Virus record (IMG/VR): IMGVR_UViG_3300037047_000216
Span: 10,078 to 74,077 of that record
Strand: one strand, 5' to 3'
From: a virus
Lineage: Duplodnaviria; Caudoviricetes
DNA length: 64,000 nucleotides
Shown here: one piece after another, positions 60,426 through 64,000 of the stretch
How positions within the stretch are numbered: the stretch's first letter is position 1
Layout of the letters: every line of letters begins with the position of its first letter
Made by a program: the position numbers and the translations under genes
The notes under the pieces: generated by a model
Seen by the model: only the letters and a program-made list of their open reading frames with translations
What the model was told of the DNA's origin: nothing
Database searches by the model: none

Positions 60426-61526
60426 ATGGCAACATTCGCTGTGATCGTGAAGAAGGTACGGGCGATCGAACCCATCGAAAACGCCGACGCGCTCGAAGTG
60501 GCGGTGATCGATGGGTACCGCTCCGTCGTGAAGAAGGGGCAGTATCGGGCGGGCGATCTCATCGCTTACATCCCGGAGCAGGCCGTGCTCCCGGACCCCG
60601 TGCTGGAGCGGCTGGGCATGAAGGGTTCCAGCCTGCTCGCGGGCAAGGACAACAACCGGGTCAAGGCCATCAAGCTGCGGGGGACCGAGTCCCAGGGCAT
60701 CTGCTACCCGGTCGAGCCGACCTGGGTCGAGGGGCAGGATGTCACGGCTGTGCTCGATGTCGAGAAGTACGTGCCCCCGATCCCGGCGCACCTGAGCGGT
60801 CAGGTCTGGGCGCTCGGCCGGGAGTGGACGTGGGATTTCGACATCGAGAACGTCAAAGCGTGGCCGGACGTTCTCGTGCCCAACGAGGACGTGGTTTTCT
60901 CGGAGAAAGTACACGGGACGTGGACGGGCGTCGCGCTCATCCCGCAGGAGGGTGCGCCTCCGCTGCTGGTCGTGTCCAGCAAGGGGCTGTTCGCGGACGG
61001 GCTCGCGTTCAAGCTCGTGCCGGAGAACGACCACAACGTCTACGTCCGGGTCGCACGCAGCCGCAAGCTGTGGGACCGGATCCAGGAGGTCTTCGGGGAC
61101 GAGATGCTGGCTGGTACGCCGGTGTACGTCCTGGGTGAGACCTTCGGGATCCAGGACCTGAAGTACGGCGCCAACCCGAACCAGGACGCGACCCTGGGGT
61201 TTCGGGTATTCGACGTGTACGTCGGGCAGCCCCGCCGCGGGCGTTACCTGAACGACGCGGAACTGGACACCGCCTGCCAGAGCATGGGGCTGCCACGGGT
61301 TCCGGTGCTTTACCGGGGTCCGTTCAGCATGGAGGTGATGCTCCAGTACACCAACGGGCTGGAGACGGTCAGCGGCAAGGGGCTTCACATCCGCGAGGGC
61401 ATCGTCATGTCCCCTGTTGTGGAGCGGCGGGTCGAGGGTCTCGGGCGCGTGAAGCTCAAGAGCGTGTCGTTCGCGTACCTGACCCGCAAGGGCAAGAAGG
61501 GCGAGGAAACCACCGAGTTCGCGTGA
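60426..61526 (+). CDS. RNA ligase, DRB0094/Rnl5-type, with N-terminal OB domain
   Basis: IEPIENADALE, EKVHGT (motif I), GE, FDV, EGIV, LKSVS..YL. Confidence 0.92.
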   Translation: MATFAVIVKKVRAIEPIENADALEVAVIDGYRSVVKKGQYRAGDLIAYIPEQAVLPDPVLERLGMKGSSLLAGKDNNRVKAIKLRGTESQGICYPVEPTWVEGQDVTAVLDVEKYVPPIPAHLSGQVWALGREWTWDFDIENVKAWPDVLVPNEDVVFSEKVHGTWTGVALIPQEGAPPLLVVSSKGLFADGLAFKLVPENDHNVYVRVARSRKLWDRIQEVFGDEMLAGTPVYVLGETFGIQDLKYGANPNQDATLGFRVFDVYVGQPRRGRYLNDAELDTACQSMGLPRVPVLYRGPFSMEVMLQYTNGLETVSGKGLHIREGIVMSPVVERRVEGLGRVKLKSVSFAYLTRKGKKGEETTEFA

Positions 61527-61942
61527 GAGGAGCGGGGGTCATGGGCCAGTGGCAGCGTCAGGTTTGGATCCCGAATCGGGGGAGCCTCTGGATGGCACCC
61601 CAGCGTCGAGGGTTCACGATGATCGAGATGATGATCGTCGTTTTCGTTCTCATCATTCTCGGATCTCTCGTGTACCGGATGGTTTCCAACAGCGGGGAAG
61701 GGGCAGATCAGCACGCTCTGGCACACGTCACGAAGCTGTTCCCGGGCGCGCAGGACATCCGTACCGCCTGTGGGGGGTACGACTCCGATCTGGACAACTA
61801 CGTGCGCTGCACCGCGACGTGGTTGAACCCTGTGCCAGGATTGGCCGAGGCCCCGCGACGGGAGTCTCTGGAGATGGAGTGCAACCTCCTGACGGGGGAC
61901 TGCGTTCCGGTCAAGCCACGAGCCCGCGGCTGGGGGTACTAA
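61523..61942 (+). CDS. Type IV pilin-like protein with N-methylation signal (start uncertain)
   Basis: QRRG-FTMIEMMIVV class III signal; C-terminal Cys pairs. Confidence 0.65.
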   Translation: MRGAGVMGQWQRQVWIPNRGSLWMAPQRRGFTMIEMMIVVFVLIILGSLVYRMVSNSGEGADQHALAHVTKLFPGAQDIRTACGGYDSDLDNYVRCTATWLNPVPGLAEAPRRESLEMECNLLTGDCVPVKPRARGWGY

Positions 61943-62335
61943 GTGGCTCCCAAGACCGGACAACTGAAAGCGACGGACGGGTTTCGAATCGAGGGGGCGC
62001 TGCGGGAGCGGGGTTTCCGAGTCGAAACTCGTCCTCGTTCTCAGACAGGCACGCCCCGGTTCCCCACACTCATCTACGTCTGGGACACGCAAGACCGATA
62101 CATCGGTGCTTTCAAATGGGTCGCCCACCACGGGTGGCACATGGAGATGGTTTACCCCACCCTCCGCTCTGAGACCGATCTTCAAGTTGCCGTCTCGACT
62201 ATGACGTCGAGCCCCGAAATCAGGGCCGAACTCGAAATCCTGTGGGAAAACTACCGAACCTCCCGCACGCAGAAAGCGTGGGATGAGTATATGGAAGTGT
62301 TGGCAGCTTTCTACACAGGCGGACGAGATGGCTGA
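61943..62335 (+). CDS. Hypothetical protein
   Basis: ORF in operon. Confidence 0.5.
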   Translation: MAPKTGQLKATDGFRIEGALRERGFRVETRPRSQTGTPRFPTLIYVWDTQDRYIGAFKWVAHHGWHMEMVYPTLRSETDLQVAVSTMTSSPEIRAELEILWENYRTSRTQKAWDEYMEVLAAFYTGGRDG

Positions 62336-62549
62336 TTACACACAGGGCCAAAAAGATTTCATCGATCAGATGACCCGCAAGCTCATGGTGGATTTGTGCC
62401 ACCAGAGCATCATCAATGGACACCTTCCTGACATTCAGGAGCCGGATCCCTACATCGACCACGCCCTCTCGAAGGGATGGATCTCCAAGGATCGGTCTAA
62501 GGTTCTGGCCTCCGGTTGGTCGACGGCGACGGCGTTCCTCAAGCGGTAG
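62328..62549 (+). CDS. Small hypothetical protein
   Basis: Overlap-coupled ORF. Confidence 0.55.
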   Translation: MADYTQGQKDFIDQMTRKLMVDLCHQSIINGHLPDIQEPDPYIDHALSKGWISKDRSKVLASGWSTATAFLKR

Positions 62550-62555
62550 GACATC

Positions 62556-64000
62556 ATGCAGATTCGTGCTGAGGCCCGAGAACTCCATCTCGGAGGCATC
62601 CAGGCGAGTGCGTCTTTTGCGATCTCTCGCAAGGACGAAGCTCACATCATGCAGATCCTTCGCGATACCTTGTATACGGACAAGGTGTCGGCAGTACTTC
62701 GAGAGTACACATCCAATGCCTGGGATGCTCACCGAGAGGTAGGGAAACACAACGTCCCCATTCGCGTGGTTCTCCCCACTCAGATGGAACCTCCTCTGAT
62801 CATCCGCGACTTCGGGACTGGACTTTCTGAGTTTGACGTTTTCAATGTCTATACTCAGTACGGTGCATCCACCAAACGGGACAGCGACGAATGTGTGGGC
62901 ATGTTGGGGATCGGATCCAAAGCTGGTTTCGCATACTCCGACCAGTTCATGATCACATCCCACTATGAGGGGATGAAGACGGTTTACTCCGCAGTGATTG
63001 ACTCCTCCAATCGAGGGCAGATCCACAAACTGAGTGAGTTCCCTTGCGGAGATGAGACCGGGATTGAGATTCGGATCCCGGTCAAGCCCCGGGACATCAG
63101 AGAGTTCCACTTCAAGGCTGTTGATCTCCTCAAGTACATGGAGCCTCAGCCGGAGATCAACACAGAACTGCCCCTGAGCCCGAAGTTCAAAAACTCAGAC
63201 GGATTCCTTTCGGTCGACGGATGCGGTTGGGTCGCCGTGATGGGGTGTGTACCCTATCGGATCAGCCTAGACCAGATCCTTTATGATTTGTCCGACGATG
63301 GTGGTGTCACCGTCTCCAATCTCCGGGGGATGTCCGGGGCACTTCGTTTTGATATCGGCGAAGTACAGGTCTCTGCGAACAGGGAAGAGTTGAAATACTC
63401 GACTCTTACAAAGCAAGCTCTGTGTCAGAAGTTCAACCAACTCATCTCCGCGTATGTTGAGGAGTCCCTACAGGCGCTGCAATCCTCGGACATGACGGAG
63501 TGGGCTAAACGTCTCTACATCCGGAAGGTTTCAGAACAGCTAAGGCTCCCGCTCCCTGCCTCGTGCCGGGAGTATGGCCAGCACGTTGTGAATCTGTGGG
63601 GCGTGTCAGACCCCGAAAAGCCGCCCCCGAGAACGTTCACTTTGTTGCAAGGTAACGACGCTGTACGGGGGATCTCGGTAGCCCCACACACAGTGTTGTA
63701 CCTTCGGGACGAGGCCAAACCGATCGCGGGGTACCAACTGAGATGGAATGCAATCGTTGTCAAACCTGTTGGCTCCGCTACGATTTCAGAGGTGCTCGAT
63801 GAACTGAATGGGTATCTGTCCCGACACCTGCTTACAGGCATCCCCGTCGAAAAACTGTCCTCTTGTCCCTGGACTGAGAATGCTAAAGGGATCCGTGTTC
63901 CGAATGCAAAACATTCGGTCAGGACGTTTGTTCTCGTCTCCGGAAAAAGCCAGTTCTGTTTTCCATGGTCCAGTGCCTGGAGCATTGAGGATCATGAGCC
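62556..64000 (+). CDS. rIIA: RIIA-like protein (GHKL/HSP90-like ATPase), 3'-partial
   Basis: LYTDKVSAVLREYTSNAWDAH, IRDFGTGLS, YGASTK, GMLGIGSKAGFAYSD; translated manually from ATG 62556. Confidence 0.85.
   Translation, partial: MQIRAEARELHLGGIQASASFAISRKDEAHIMQILRDTLYTDKVSAVLREYTSNAWDAHREVGKHNVPIRVVLPTQMEPPLIIRDFGTGLSEFDVFNVYTQYGASTKRDSDECVGMLGIGSKAGFAYSDQFMITSHYEGMKTVYSAVIDSSNRGQIHKLSEFPCGDETGIEIRIPVKPRDIREFHFKAVDLLKYMEPQPEINTELPLSPKFKNSDGFLSVDGCGWVAVMGCVPYRISLDQILYDLSDDGGVTVSNLRGMSGALRFDIGEVQVSANREELKYSTLTKQALCQKFNQLISAYVEESLQALQSSDMTEWAKRLYIRKVSEQLRLPLPASCREYGQHVVNLWGVSDPEKPPPRTFTLLQGNDAVRGISVAPHTVLYLRDEAKPIAGYQLRWNAIVVKPVGSATISEVLDELNGYLSRHLLTGIPVEKLSSCPWTENAKGIRVPNAKHSVRTFVLVSGKSQFCFPWSSAWSIEDHE

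Noticed and set aside
1-64000. Alternative genetic code or suppressor tRNAs
   Set aside because: Recognisable genes are full length under code 11, with TAG, TGA and TAA all used as stops; no CTA, TCA or TTA anticodons found
1-64000. Cellular chromosome, rRNA operon or integrated prophage boundary
   Set aside because: No rRNA, ribosomal protein operon, integrase or att-like junction was seen; gene content and the uniform promoter motif fit one phage genome

Overview
This window looks like 64 kb of a large, probably jumbo, tailed-phage genome. It uses the standard genetic code and is GC-rich. Supporting evidence includes a partial rIIA, a GH25 endolysin, ArdC, several homing-type endonucleases and no rRNA. 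The centre (about 7-38 kb, minus strand) is a very large RNA-gene island. It holds about 34 tRNAs (one with a group I intron), a tmRNA, at least eight atypical tRNA-framed RNAs, a five-unit hairpin array and several 200-470 nt ORF-free structured segments. RNA processing and repair genes are also present: RNase Z, a Thg1-like protein, a DRB0094-type RNA ligase and a possible TROVE-like vWA protein. The strongest system-level finding is an apparently complete four-enzyme deamidating NAD+ salvage route (nicotinamidase, PncB, NadD, NadE). It comes with an NrtR regulator, a candidate NrtR operator and an ADP-ribosylglycohydrolase, and differs from the described phage NARP1/NARP2 pathways. The window also encodes a ubiquitin-like operon (E1/ThiF, Ubl, JAB, E2 candidate) and a TerY-P kinase/phosphatase/vWA triad. 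A bipartite promoter-like motif, GGGATCAT-N14-GAGTAG, occurs at least 23 times. All calls come from motif recognition and manual folding; no database search or folding program was run.
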